64,000 bases of DNA. It comes from Chrysomallon squamiferum (lineage: Eukaryota; Animalia; Mollusca). A program made the position numbers and the translations under genes. This document shows positions 25,522 to 40,294 of this stretch, piece by piece. The stretch lies in contig CM022673.1 in assembly GCA_012295275.1 (NCBI GenBank), positions 3,658,001 through 3,722,000 of the forward strand. The letters are read 5' to 3'. Every line of letters begins with the position of its first letter. Position 1 is the stretch's first letter. The notes under the pieces were generated by a model that saw only the letters and a program-made list of their open reading frames with translations, made no database searches and was not told the DNA's origin.

Positions 25522-26532
25522 TGGTTTTACGTTATACAGTTCCATATTACTAATATTCTAAAAATGTTTTCTAAAAGTTTTGCGGGGAAAAAAATAATCA
25601 ACGAAGAAACCAAAAATGTTAATGTGTAGATTATTTCAAAACAACAACAACAAATTAAATAATATATATTTCACGCGGTCTTGAATTAGTTTATAACACT
25701 GATATTCCAAAACATTTGCTTATTAGAAACAATGGTATAATTTTTAAAAAGTTTTGAATGCCCAGTTTAATTTCATTTCTGCTCAAGCACAGGTAGATGA
25801 AATATAAATTTATATATCTTCAGACATCTCAAACATACTGATAAATTAGTTAAATTTTGACATACTGATGACATAAGTTAAATTTTGAAAATATATATTT
25901 TTTTAACTGTAACTTTAATATTTTTAAACATATGAATTTTTTGTTTTGTTTTGTTTTGTTCGTTTTTATGTTCATTTGAATATCGTGAAAAAATCGTGGA
26001 TGTCACTTTAAAAACAATATTAAGCCATCTGAATATTACAAATATTTTCTATTCATGACGTTTTGGTGACAAGGAAAAGATGACTGAAAAAATCAAGATT
26101 TAGTATAGCAAATAAAAAATCACTGGAAAAAAAGTGGCAATTTTTATGTATCAGCATGTATATGTGCTGACCTGAGGTTTCGTCGGGTTCCACCAATGTT
26201 CGCTCCTGTTCTGGTCAACGTTCATGGTCTTCGTACGAACAACTTGTGAGCACCATCATGCGTGTCGATCGTCACGAGAACTGAAAGACCGTGGTAGAAT
26301 TTCTCCGTGGAAGCGGTTAGAACATCCATTTAAACCATCAAACACTATCAAAAAAATAAATAAAGAATATACACAAAAATTCTCAGTAACAGAATCTTTC
26401 ATTTCCTAGTATGATATTTTTTATTAAAAGTTGTGATTTTTTTTTCCATTTTTTTTTTTCTTCCGGTACTTTTTGACTTATGACTTATTCATAATTTTTT
26501 TTTATTTTTCATTGTCTCTGAGGGATAATTAA

Positions 26533-26572
<40 letters not shown>

Positions 26573-26794
26573 GCAAACATAAATAAATAATAACGCCAGC
26601 AACAACAATAATAACCTTTTCGTTGCGTATTAAGAAATTAAATTTTCTTTTATGAAACAAAACAATTTATAAAAAGTGTCTGAAAGAAATACTGACTACT
26701 GAACAACAATGTCCTGTGTACGTAATCACTGCAAAGAATCGAAGTTTTAAGAGGAGCATGCAACGCTACACGGAGTAACTTCCCCCTGTTTTAT

Positions 26795-26808
26795 TCACCA
26801 GGTGGCGC
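26795..26808 (+). promoter_or_regulatory. CTCF consensus-like site at the SKP1 promoter
   Basis: TCACCAGGTGGCGC matches the CTCF core CCASYAGRKGGCRS at 13/14 positions. It lies upstream of a likely 5' UTR exon with donor cg|gtacgt at 26903. Confidence 0.55.
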
Positions 26809-27302
26809 AGGTTATATTACAATTCATCAACAACGGTTTGCAGAACTACGAAATATTAATTTCTGAAAATCATAATCGAAGTGTTGTGTAGGATACAACA
26901 CGGTACGTATTAATGACTGCTATATGAAATAACTTGTTTCACACTATTATAATATTTTTTAATTTCAGACCTATCTAACAGAATATCAAATGCGAAAAGA
27001 AAGTAAATGCTAAAAGTAACAAAAGATGGCGCTATGTTTGGACAGACCATAGTTACATGATAATGCTCTTACTTCGTTTTTATTTTTATTTTTACTTTAT
27101 TGTTCATTTCATTGTTTATGTGCTTATACTATAACCTAGTACATATTTAGTTAATAAATTTAAATTAATAATCTTTATTTCTGATCTCGCTTACATTAAA
27201 AAAACACACATGGCTTTAAAAGTCAAATATCTTTTAAATTTTATGTTCCTGTATTGTATAATTTTTGTTGACAGTTCTGAATTAAAAATTCTGTAAATAT
27301 AG

Positions 27303-28777
<1,475 letters not shown>

Positions 28778-31700
28778 GAACACTGTGAAAAGAGAACAGC
28801 ATTTGACTTGTACAGTACCGTAACAATAGAAATAGATGTACACATGTTCATAATTTATTGTGGTCTGTTCTCTCATTCAATACAATCTCCTTGTTTTTTT
28901 GGATACTTTAGAAGTTGATTCAGCATCTTTGATGATAATCCAGCATTTGTCAGCTACTGATTTAAAACAAAAACCAAAACAAAAAAAAATTGTTTTGAAT
29001 TTAAATGTAAGTTTAACTTTATATATTCCCTTTTCGTTTCTTTTTGTTGTTTCAATTTTGATCTTGTACATTCTTTTATGGTGTCATAATTCTTTGACTT
29101 CTGTAGGTTGTTTTTACTATCATTTATACCATATAAAATGTATTGGTTGTCTGCAGAATGATATCCTTCCTGATCCAGTAGTATGGAATGCATTTTTAAT
29201 TTTCTTTTCTTTTCTAGTTTCCTGTCTTTGTGAATAAATAAAGATTATTGATTGCTTATGTTGTAGTAAATATCTTTACTTTTACTTAGCTTTCAGTAGA
29301 TGCACAAGTAAGAAGTAATTAGTTTGCTAATACTCACTAGCATTAACTGTCATATCTGGCATTAACAAAGACAGATGTACAAATATACACTTAATGTCCA
29401 GTTTGGAACAATTCCCTAAAATAAAATGCTTTTGCGATGTGCTTTGTATATTTGTTTTGTATTTAACTGATATTATCTTTAATCCAAATATAGTTAACAT
29501 TTTGGTAAATGATATTTAAAATATTTTTATATTGTGTGTTGGTTCCTAATAAAATCAGAATCTTAACTTTGTGAATTACGGCACAAAGTTACAATGTAAA
29601 TTAATATTAATCAATATACAGGGTATTGATAATATTTAGTCCATATTTTCTCTGGATATTTCTATTTTTTTCCTCATATTCCAAATCTGAATAATTTTAC
29701 TATAGAAAAAGTTAAACTTTAAAATGAATGAAATAAATTAGGTTTCAAGTAGTACAAAGGTGATTCATAATTAATATTTTACTCTATATTTGAAAAATAT
29801 ACAAAACTAAATACTGTTCAGCCGCCAGTGAAAAAAAGATTCATTTCACAATACTAAAATGTATGAAGTCAATACAAATTTTCATATTAGATGTGAACTA
29901 TACAAATAATTCATTCCTGCTTCCATGAATGTTTAGATATTGCTATGGTATACTTCTTCCTATTTAACTGTTTTAAATAGATAAAAAAAACACTAATTTT
30001 CTGTAAATGTTGTTGTAACTATTCTATGTACATGCTTGATTCATTTTGTAAAAAAAAGAACAGAACAAAAAAACAACAACCCAGAATTGATTGAAATTAA
30101 ATACAGATTTAGTTGCCCACTCTAAGAATTCTTTTTGTGGAGAAGTATTATTATTTAGTGAATAAATATAACTCAAGCTGCTTTGGTGAACGATATGTTT
30201 TGCCATTTCCCTACAGTTTGCATTATATTTGGTAAAAATATCTGTTAAAATCTAGGCCATAAGTTAATAAATTGTTTTATGTTTTAATGTTATTCTTGTT
30301 CTTTGTTTCCTCAAATCCTTATTCAGATGAACCTTGTTTCTGAAAATTTCTATCATAGATAAAACAATGCTTAGTTTTCTTTATATTAAAGGATTTTCAT
30401 AACATTAATCTGTTTTTTTCATGATGTATGTATTAAGAACATTAGAACCGTTCTGAAGGCTAACATCAAATGGCTGTGGCAGAGTGAATATACACTGAAT
30501 TTTTAAAGTAATGCTGTTCCAAATGTATTTAACAGCATTTCCCATTTTGGAAATGCTTGCATAATAACAACAATCAAATTTAAATGTCTAATGTAGAATA
30601 ATTATCTGGTAATATCCATGTTCATTCAGCAAGATGAAAACACAAAATTAAGTTGGCCATTAGTTTTAAGTTTTACCAATAAATACAGTTCAGTAAATTA
30701 ACTCCTTTCAAAGAATTATACTGTCATAAAATAAACTGTATATGTATTTTTTTGGTTTGTTTTGAAACATTTCCCTAGGTTTTTGTATTCTTCTTCAAGA
30801 GGTTAAGCTTCATAAATGAAACTTTAAAAAAAAAACCACAATAACAATTTTAATTCTTTGACAATAATTTTATTCTTGGACAGCACTGTTAAAGCAATTG
30901 ATAAACAATTGGGAAAACTGCTTTTTATATTTTGAGGACCATGATTTGAGTCGAGATACACAATGCACCAGGATATTTTGTTATCTCCCACTGTACAAAG
31001 CACACTGCAACAAGCTGTATGTAGTAGTAATAATAATAATAATTAGAATAAAATGAGCACTGCTATTTACAGCTAAGAAACACTGAAAGCAAGCCAAATG
31101 TACACAACCACATCTTTGGTTGAAAAAAAAAGAAAAAAAAAAAGAAGAAAATATTAAATTACAACTGATTGCACTTGAATATAACAGAACTTGGTCCCCT
31201 CACAAGAAGTAAGTCTGTTACAGGTTCTGCCTGTCTATATTACAATTCATGAATAACAAACAGTAATAAACAATGTAGATTAAACTTCATATTTTAATTT
31301 AAATGAGAAAAAAAAAAAAAAAGTCTGGATAAACCATAGTTTTCAACAAAGATTTGAATATTTGATAAATTGTAAACAAAAAAAATAAAAAAAAAATAAC
31401 CACCAAACATCAACTCTGGGTTTTCAACAATCATGATGGTAATAAATAAAGTTATATATAGTTATAGAGAATTATGATAAATAGAAAAAAAATAATCATT
31501 TTGGTTTTTCTTGATGTAACAGTCTGTTGGTGTCTACGTGGTTGTCCAACTAACATCTCTGCTTTTGTACAAGGATTTCTAATCAGAATTCAACAGTGAA
31601 ATACACCTCCATGATGTCTGTAACTTTTAAAATCTTGGTTGTTGGAGAAAAACATATTTGTCAGAACTGTATAAGGACCACTTCAAAATTTTATCAGTTA

Positions 31701-32457
31701 CTTGAACACAGGGTTCTGTTAGAAGAAACAAATACTACAAAAAATGTAATGATTACACACACACACACATACACACACACACACACACTTGGAACATTCA
31801 GATTTCTGTCAACACATCAAAGGAAATAATGGTACTGACGATAAACTGGACCTCTGTGAAAAAGAAACTCAGTTTTGAATGATTTATAAATACATATTTA
31901 AAAAAAAAGAAAAATGATAAACAAAAATCTCCTTATTTGGGCAATGGCAAGAAATGAGCAGGTTTAACAAGATTAATGGCTTTTAAGAATAATTTTGCAA
32001 AATCAATAAGTGTCCTTATTTAATGAAGCATAACAAAGCTGGTGAAGTGTAACATATAAAATACAACTTGAGGACGGCCTGGTTAAAAGTTTTAACCATA
32101 TAAATAATGGCTAGATGAAAAAAAAAAAAAAAAAAAAAAAAAATGAAGAAAATGTCTGTTCATTGTAAGATTTAGCTGTGACTTTGAATGTATTTGTAGA
32201 ACCTGTTTCATAGTACACTTCGAAAAAATATTTATGTATCAAAACATTTTTACTATGCTTATTCATCTGGATGTTTAACAATGTAAAAAATAAATATGTC
32301 TGTAATTATGTTTTGTTTGTACCAATTGCCCAAATAAATACAGATCATGTTCTGTAAACCATGATTTCACCTTACAGAGGCACGACAAACAAGGCAAAAA
32401 TTGCTGCCATATGAAAGTTTTTCCATTTAAAAAAATAAATAATAATACTAAATAAAT

Positions 32458-32496
<39 letters not shown>

Positions 32497-34587
32497 AGAA
32501 AAGAAAGAAAAACTATAATAGGTTAACAGAAGTAACTGAAGTAAAAAAACAAACAAACAAAAAAAAAAAAAAAAATTATGAAGTCATAATACTAAGTTCT
32601 CAAGAGTTGTGAAAGCCTCAGATTAAAATAAAAATTATAAATTTTTCTAGTCTTAACTACACAAAACATGATCTACATATGTATGTTAATGTACAGCTAT
32701 CACAAAACTACATATCTGACCATACTGTCAGTGGTATCACAACAAACATTCATGTGGTTAAAAAACACGTAAATTGCATGATATGATAATGAGGTTGGTG
32801 TGTTTATGGCTTGGCACATAGTGTTCATGGACATTTTTTTTTTTTTTTTTCCTCAAATTTATTTTATTATCATTATTAATTTATTTGTTTTCAGAACAGG
32901 GTGACATTGATTATGATGAACAAATAGAAATAAAAATGTTAGTAGTAACACCACAAATTAAAAGTTATGCACAAGGAATATAATTATGAATAATCCAAAA
33001 TCATTTAAAATATATGTAAGGACAAATTATTAAAATGAAGTTCACAGTTTATTCTAGTTGAAAACATTTTTATATAATTGATCTGTCTAAAAAGGGTGAT
33101 TTTAATAATTATCTGGTTATAAATAACTGACTAGACAATTTTAAATAGCTGTTCAGAATTATCTGCTCTGAAAACAGTAATTGTGAATTACATGCCCTTT
33201 TAGACTGGATTTCATCCTTAATTACTCACTGCATGCAGGTAAAATAAATATTAATGAAAACCAGTCTGGTAGTATGCAGTTACACAGTACTCGCATAGTT
33301 TGTAACAAAACTGCAGTACTACTAATCTCTTTGAAAAAGAAAAATTAACATCATAAAGATATTTATATAAAAAAAGTAAGCATATATTATGTGTTAGACC
33401 CTGTACATGAAAAAAAATAATTGTATTAGCAATCCTTGAATATGAATAAATGGCACATGTATAAAAGATGATATTGGTATCATATCATAAAAGATAAATG
33501 ATAATGTGCAACTTCTCAAGTAATGTTGAATGGTTTTAAATAATATAATATTAAAACAACAGGTTCTGAATTTATGTCTATAGTACTAATTTTTTTTTTC
33601 TCTTAGATTATAATCCACAAATTAGGTTTCTTTAATGATCTTAAATGCTTTTTTTTTAACCAAAACTGAATTTACCTTATATCCACTGTAACCTTTCATC
33701 AAAAAATGATCATAAAGTTATTAAAAGCAGTATGAACTGGGCATATTTTTTTAAATTTTTTAGCTTAATTCGTATTACTGTTTGTAAACATGCATATCTA
33801 CACACATGCACATACTCCCTCCAATACCACAGACAAATGAAAATATTTTAAACTGGAAAATACTATCAGCAACATTTTGTAAAGATTAATACAGTTATTA
33901 TTATTATGTTTATATATAATCTTTTTGAATCATTTATAAATGTCAAAGTATCACAGAAGAAGCACTTACATTTTTTTTTTTTTTTTAAATTACTAGGAAT
34001 AAATATACTGGTTTGACTGACAAGTGCACAGAAAACAGAATACCTGAAAATTCACTGTAATTAACCATTCAAGATTTTTAATTAATCCTTATTCATTTTT
34101 GTTATATACATATATATATGTATTTTTTATTTATTTTTTGTTTTGGTGGAAAAAAAACCAAGTTATTATTTTGTTCAAATTTTTAAAAGGAAGATGAAAC
34201 CTAAAATAGCCATTCATTTTTCTTTTTTAATTAGTTCAGTATTTATAAAAAAAAAAAAATAAAAAATCAAATTAGTTTGGTTTTTCTGCCTAATATAAGA
34301 AAATGTATGAACCTAAAATATTTCTGTTTATTTTAAAAAAATATATAAAAAACGTTAGTAATATTACTTTAAAAAAAAAAAACGTGAAGTATTTATGCAC
34401 ATGTTAAGGACAAGGAAAACAGTTTTAACAGCTAAGAATAAATAGAAGTAACAACATCAAAGTTAACAGAGCCCTTATGTAATAACATTGTAAAGCAAAC
34501 AGTAGAAAATGTGCAGTCCCTGGCTACAGATAAGGTAACTGAGTAACAGGAGCAGTCGTCTAATGTCCACAATCACAGAATGATCAG

Positions 34588-34620
<33 letters not shown>

Positions 34621-34977
34621 ACATTCTGTTTTAATAATAATAATAATAATAATAAAGAAAAAAAAAATAATAATGACGATGACGATGATGATGATGATAA
34701 TAAATAATAAAAGTTATAATAAAATCATCAAATTAAAATATTCTTATTATAAATAACAAATATAAAAAAAAAGAAAAGAAGAAGAATCACAGCAAATCAT
34801 TTTTAAAAATATCTCTGCTGTATAAAAAGGCAAAACTTTACTTCATAAACAGTTGGAATAAATATTACACGAGACAGAAATCTTACAGTAGTTAAAGAGA
34901 TTGAAAAAAGAAAAGAAGTAAAATTCTTTCTTTTTACATTATTAAAATATTATTTTATATAAAGAATTTACTGAATT

Positions 34978-35013
<36 letters not shown>

Positions 35014-35668
35014 TACTAATAAATTACTATTAATTTGTTACATGATTATTACTACATTTTTAAAAAACTATTTTTTAATTAATTAAGGCCAGATTTGTGC
35101 ATGTTACACTGACGGTGTGCAAAAATACTTTACAGATTGTTATAAAGCTTATCTGTGCAGCTCTACAATCATTTGGCTAACAAATATTTTAAAACTACTA
35201 AACAATTATAGTTAGAATAATTAAAATTTTGAATACAGGTATTCTTATCTTTTAAGTGATATTTGTGAAAAAAATACAAATTTATAACTTTTTATATTTT
35301 ATTTATAATAAATATTAAAATTTGTTTTTAAATTTATTTTTACTTACAAAGATGATAAACAGTTTTTTTTCATTATGCTTTGTATTCTACCAGTTATTTC
35401 CCTTTTTTTTTTTTTAAGGTTATGCAACAATTTAATGCATTCTATAGTACAGTTAGCTCTTTTTATTTTTTAAAACTTTCACTGGACAATGTTTTCAAAA
35501 TATTATGTGGAAATAAAATATGATGCATGAAAACAATTTCATAAAGTTGAATTATCAAGGCATGATATGATAAATATTACCATTTAGCAACAAATGTTTC
35601 TTTTGTTGTTTCTATCTTCATTTCTTCGTTTTCATCATTATTAATAACAGATGCACATTGGAATATAT

Positions 35669-35711
<43 letters not shown>

Positions 35712-35882
35712 CTTCTCAAACCATGTCATAACTATAATTAAATTTTTTTTAAAATGAAGCAAATTTTCTTAAGTTTTATTATTATTATTATTATTTTATT
35801 TTATTTTATTTTTTGGTTTGTTGATTAAAACAGATTTTTTAAAACATCACAAGAATGTAGGAAAAATGAGAAATATTGGATC

Positions 35883-36178
35883 TCAGACTTCGTCTCCTCC
35901 GTGGAAAAAGAAACTGTATTGTTCTATCAAAGTCTGCATTATGTCCACTGCGTAGCGAGAATACTGTCCCATCTGTTCATACGACGTTATGTCCAGTCGC
36001 ATCACTGTCGGCCACCAGCACCGAGCCAGGTTTTGACTGTCCATACTGTTCTCTTCAGAATGCCTGGAAACCCTTGTAAAATAATAATAATAATGATAAT
36101 AATAGTAATAATAATAATATAGTAATAATAATAACAGTAATAATAATAATAATAACAATAACAGTAGTAGTAGTAGTA

Positions 36179-36220
<42 letters not shown>

Positions 36221-36623
36221 CTTCTATGATTACTGTTTACTGATGATGGTAGATGCTGATGATGATGGTAATAATGATAAAATAATAATAGTTATTATTA
36301 CTATTAACGATGATAATGATGAAAATGATGATGATAGTGATGAAAATGATAATAATAATAATAGTAATAATGACACTGGTACTACTACTAATGATGATGA
36401 TGATGATAAAAACAACAACAACAACAACAACAACAATATCCAAAAGTAAGAAATTATATATATATATATATTTTATTTTTTTACCTGTGTAGATGTGTTA
36501 TGAGATATTTGAGCACTTGAAAATTCTGTTCGTAATTCTGTTGTTGTAATTTCTTGAAGACACCCCGCAAAGCTAGAAGTCGACTGCTCTTGCCTGGTAC
36601 ACCTAGAAACATTAATAAAAACA

Positions 36624-36664
<41 letters not shown>

Positions 36665-36985
36665 CAGCAGCTGACATTTTTAAAATTAAACTTTCGATAA
36701 ACTACCTTTTTAAAAAAGAAAATGGTTGTTATTATTATTTTTTTTTTTTTCATCAACAATTTAATCTTTTATTGTTCACTCAAATATTATTTTTTTTTGA
36801 ACAAATATTAATAAAATGCTACTTGTGAACATAATGAATTAAAATACTTTCTCTTTCTTTTTGAAACTTGATAAAATTATCAATATAAATAAATCTTAAG
36901 TATTCAAACCTGAATTTAATTAACAAATGAAATCCATAGGTTTTAATTCTGTATTCATTACCAAAACCAGAAAGGAAAAAAAAAA

Positions 36986-37032
<47 letters not shown>

Positions 37033-39692
37033 GTAAGTAAATAAATAAATAAATAAATAATAAAAACTAAAAACCTGTGACATTGTGATAATTGAAATAC
37101 CATCACCTTAAAAAGGCTATCAAGTGAAAAGTGAGAGAACGTAGTATTCAGTACATAATCTAAAATCCATGATGTGATAATAAAATAAAAAACACAGAAA
37201 TCTTTATGTCAGTTAATGTTTCTCAAAAACATATTACTATAATATAAAGGGTCCATTTAAGCATCTGCTTGAAGTAAATGTTAATGTGAACTATACTTAT
37301 TTGTAAAAGTTTTTTAACATGTGTACATTTTCAATGTTCCATCATGAAAATAATATTTATCAGTGAAATTATCTTTAACCACAACCAGAATAAAATCAAA
37401 GAAAAAGAAGGCCAAATATTTTAGAGTTTGTGCTTTTTATAGTAATGATTACCTTCTTCATGCCATCCTTGTAGCAGAAAAATTATCAAAAGTAATGTAG
37501 TGAAATAAAATATAACAATGAAAAAGGAAACAACCGACAACATTTTTTTCGTTTTATTTACCGATTTGTGAAACTGTCAAATGAATTTATTCTTAAAAAT
37601 GTATTATTAATTTTTGCTAATTTAGTTCATGACCCAGTAGTAATTACAAATTAGACTGCTGCATACACAAACAACAGTCTTCAATGTGAGTCAAAAGTAT
37701 CACCCAATTTCTGCAGTTTGTTTGTGAGGGTGGGGCCACTAGATTATTTCTGGGAAGTCATGTTGTCAATAACTGTCTTGTATATTATTAATTTTCATTA
37801 TTTATTTTGAATCTAGTTTTGCAGATTATTGCTGTAAGTTACTGAATTTCACAAAACTGAAACAAATTTGCTTTTGACTGACTCTGTTTACTACAAATTA
37901 ATTTACTACATCTGCCAATAAAATTAACTAAAAAAAAATCACTTACATTTACAAATCTCTGACTTTCTCCATTACACAAATTTGCTACATGCACTAATAA
38001 AATATAGGTAACACCAGGATTTTGAATTACAAACAAACCTGCAGAATTTACCAATAATACTCCTTGTTACAAACCCAGTGTGATCTTTAAATACAAATAA
38101 CAGTTCTTTTTACAAACCAATGACATTTCTTTTTTTCAAACTGATCTGCAGCAGGAATCAGTGACACTTCTTAATACAAACTAATGTGTAGCAGGAACTG
38201 CAGTAGTTAACTAATATGAAGAATAAACCAATAGTATTTCTTGACATAAACTAATCTACAGCAGGAACTGCAGTAGTTAACTAGTACGAAGAATAAACCA
38301 ATAGCATTTCTTGACATAAACTAATCTACAGCAGGAACTGCAGTAGTTAACTAGTACGAAGAATAAACCAATAGCATTTCTTGACATAAACTAATCTACA
38401 GCAGGAACTGCAGTAGTTAACTAGTACGAAGAATAAACCAATAGCATTTCTTGACATAAACTAATCTACAGCAGGAACTGCAGTAGTTAACTAGTACGAA
38501 GAATAAACCAATAGCATTTCTTGACATAAACTAATCTACAGCAGGAACTGCAGTAGTTAACTAGTACGAAGAATAAACCAATAGCATTTCTTGACATAAA
38601 CTAATCTACAGCAGGAACTGCAGTAGTTAACTAGTACGAAGAATAAACCAATAGCATTTCTTGACATAAACTAATCTACAGCAGGAACCAGTGGTACTTT
38701 CAGTTATCAGCTAACTAACCTGCAGCATGAATGAGCTCATCATAAAGCTTCTGAGGTATTAGAGGTTCTGTTAGATCCATGAAGAAACCTTTGAGAACTG
38801 TGGCTACTGCATTCACCTGGATCTCCAGAGTGGAAATGTCCACATTGGGATCTGAAACACAAAATAAATCATTACTGTTTTTGCAGTTTAGACAAAAGCA
38901 GCATCTTGCATAGTTTATAAACAGTTGAATGTTTAGAGAGGTAGCAAAAGAAAAAGAGTGAGACAAAGAGACAGAGAGAGAATTATTGTCATCTCATTCC
39001 TTAAATAAAAATAATCCTTTCTAAGAATAATAACAACTTTATTCCTCATAATATATCTTCATTAGATCAATAAACTGCTAACCTTGTTGTTCTGTCTTGA
39101 TGGAAGTGTTTTGAAAACTAACATGCCTTTCCATAATGGCCATTAGTACCATGTGTACTCTAATTATAGTAATGTTAATTAACTCTATATTCTACTCAAG
39201 AAATCTTGACGTTCCCTTTCAAGTCAAGAAAGCAATACCTATCTGTTTCAGAACTAATTAAATACAACATTACAAGTTGGAGCCTAATTGTATACATCAC
39301 AAACAATAGAGAACTATAGAAATATTCTGCAGACAGACAGACAGACACACAAACACACACACTGAGTAGCACAAATATATCTCCAACACAAGTAAACCAC
39401 ACGCTCACAAAAAGGCACATGCACATGAACACACACACGCACACATAATCTAAATTTTACAATATTTATTGAACATTTAGCAATACTTTGATTAAGACTG
39501 ACTGCTAAGACATTGAAAAGGATTAAAGTCAAGGTAATACATTGTAACAACAAACCTTCATTAACTTTACTGACAAGGAGATCAACTTGTGCTTTATTTC
39601 CTGGTATTCTGTAAATACCTTCAGCCTGCAGACCTGTGTTTTAAAAATAATAATAATTTAAAACAAACTAACAAACATAGAAACAAATCTGA

Positions 39693-39724
<32 letters not shown>

Positions 39725-40258
39725 CAACAAAAATAATAGTAGTAGTAGTAGTAGTAGTAGTAGTAATAATAACAAGAACAATTTGAAAATTATTTAAACT
39801 GTGCAGAATCACTCAATACAATTAAAAGAAAACTGAGTTCAAAGTTTACAATCAAATATTTATACAATCTAATGTACAACTATACAGAATAAAGTTATAT
39901 TTTATATGGTGCTTCTTTATTTTGATCAAAATAAAGTAAATACTGTTTCAAATATTATTTTTGTGTTCTGAAATAGATACAACTAATAAAAGCCCATCTA
40001 CGCACAGACTTTAACTCATTATTACTTCCTCCTTTATTAAACATTACCTTCTTGTTCTATGTATGTGATACACTTCTCCACGAAGGAAGGAATAAAAGGA
40101 TTGTCGTTAGATGTAGGGAAGTCCTCGAGGAAGAACCCACTCTGTGAGGGACCCGACGTTTTGCTGTCTTTCTTCTTTATCTTCTTCTGTAATTTTTCTT
40201 TTTCTTTTTGTTTCTTTTCCTGCAAAGAAGATAAAAGTAAAATAAATAAATGATTTTG

Positions 40259-40294
<36 letters not shown>

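Noticed and set aside
26172-26330. In-frame TGA after MDVLTASTEKF...RRP as a selenocysteine or readthrough codon
   Set aside because: No SECIS or homology support. An open frame after the stop is expected by chance.
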